A stretch of DNA of 64,000 nt from Octopus vulgaris. Its lineage: Eukaryota. Of this stretch, positions 63,513 through 64,000 are shown one piece after another; positions within the stretch are counted from its first letter, which is position 1, and every line of letters starts with the position of its first letter. Location: the NCBI GenBank assembly GCA_951406725.2, contig OX597821.1, positions 116,250,001-116,314,000 on the forward strand. The letters are read 5' to 3'. Position numbers and translations under genes: made by a program. The notes under the pieces are model-generated. The model did not search any database and was not told where the DNA came from. It saw nothing but the letters and a program-made list of their open reading frames with translations.

Positions 63513-64000
63513 CAAGGGGGTAACCAAAAGAAACCAGAATTTTGCAATATTATTTTATCCACTTAGTTTTATGTGTTTACACTTTTATTGCCTTCAAGGT
63601 ATTCTCCATTTGAAGCAATGCATTGGTCCAGATGCATTTTTCTCTGTTTGAAGCAGTCCTGGAACTCTTGCAAAGTGAAGCCTTTTAACACCTCTGTCAT
63701 GTTTTTCTTCACTTCTTCTACATCTGAAAATTGCGTAGTACCAGTTTTCGTTACCAGTGATAACTTTTGAAAAGCAGTCTGGATCAACTCTTCCAACTGT
63801 TTTTTCAGTTCACAACATGTGTTCTTTTGATCTTGCATGACTTCTTTTGATCTTCCATAAGCAAGCGAAGCACAAATTTTGCTGTAACTCTTTTCATTTG
63901 CAATTTCTCACTCAAGATTTGCTGGCAGGAACCCCTGGATACACTTGTCATGTCAACAAGTTCATCAATTGTTTGGTGATGGTCATCCAAGATCACTTCA
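63513..64000 (-). mobile_element. mariner element, internally deleted, runs off the window
   Basis: HTH region TIDELV..SCQQILSEKLQMKRVTAKFVLRLL, ITGNENWYY fused near 63740 to FSDVEEVK..LDQCIASNGEYLEG; TIR TA|CAAGGGGGTAACCAAAAGAAACC. Confidence 0.88.

Overview
AT-rich, repeat-dominated eukaryotic genomic DNA. The SINE/LINE repertoire, microsatellite load and TTAGGG repeats look like a coleoid cephalopod, probably Octopus; this is recognition, not a database result. I cannot support any intact host protein-coding gene. All recognisable coding sequence is decayed transposon: RTE LINEs (one with a PHD finger inside the RT region), CR1-type LINEs, R4/Dong-type REL-endonuclease LINE ends sitting in microsatellites, and mariner fragments. 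The window also holds tRNA-derived and other SINEs, non-autonomous Helitrons, and piggyBac-, hAT- and Tc1/mariner-type MITEs. Two CpG/ETS-rich promoter-like regions (~23.5-24.1 kb, ~43-44.3 kb) suggest unseen host genes. Most notable: (1) two hammerhead-ribozyme-like motifs with non-canonical cores (14458-14502 minus, 32734-32828 plus); (2) a cluster of GGATC-ended, 8-bp-TSD foldback elements carrying telomeric repeats, nested up to three levels (40.4-47.2 kb); (3) a tandemly amplified 25-nt motif in the RTE 3' UTR that folds as a compact H-type pseudoknot. SINE and decayed-LINE boundaries are approximate.
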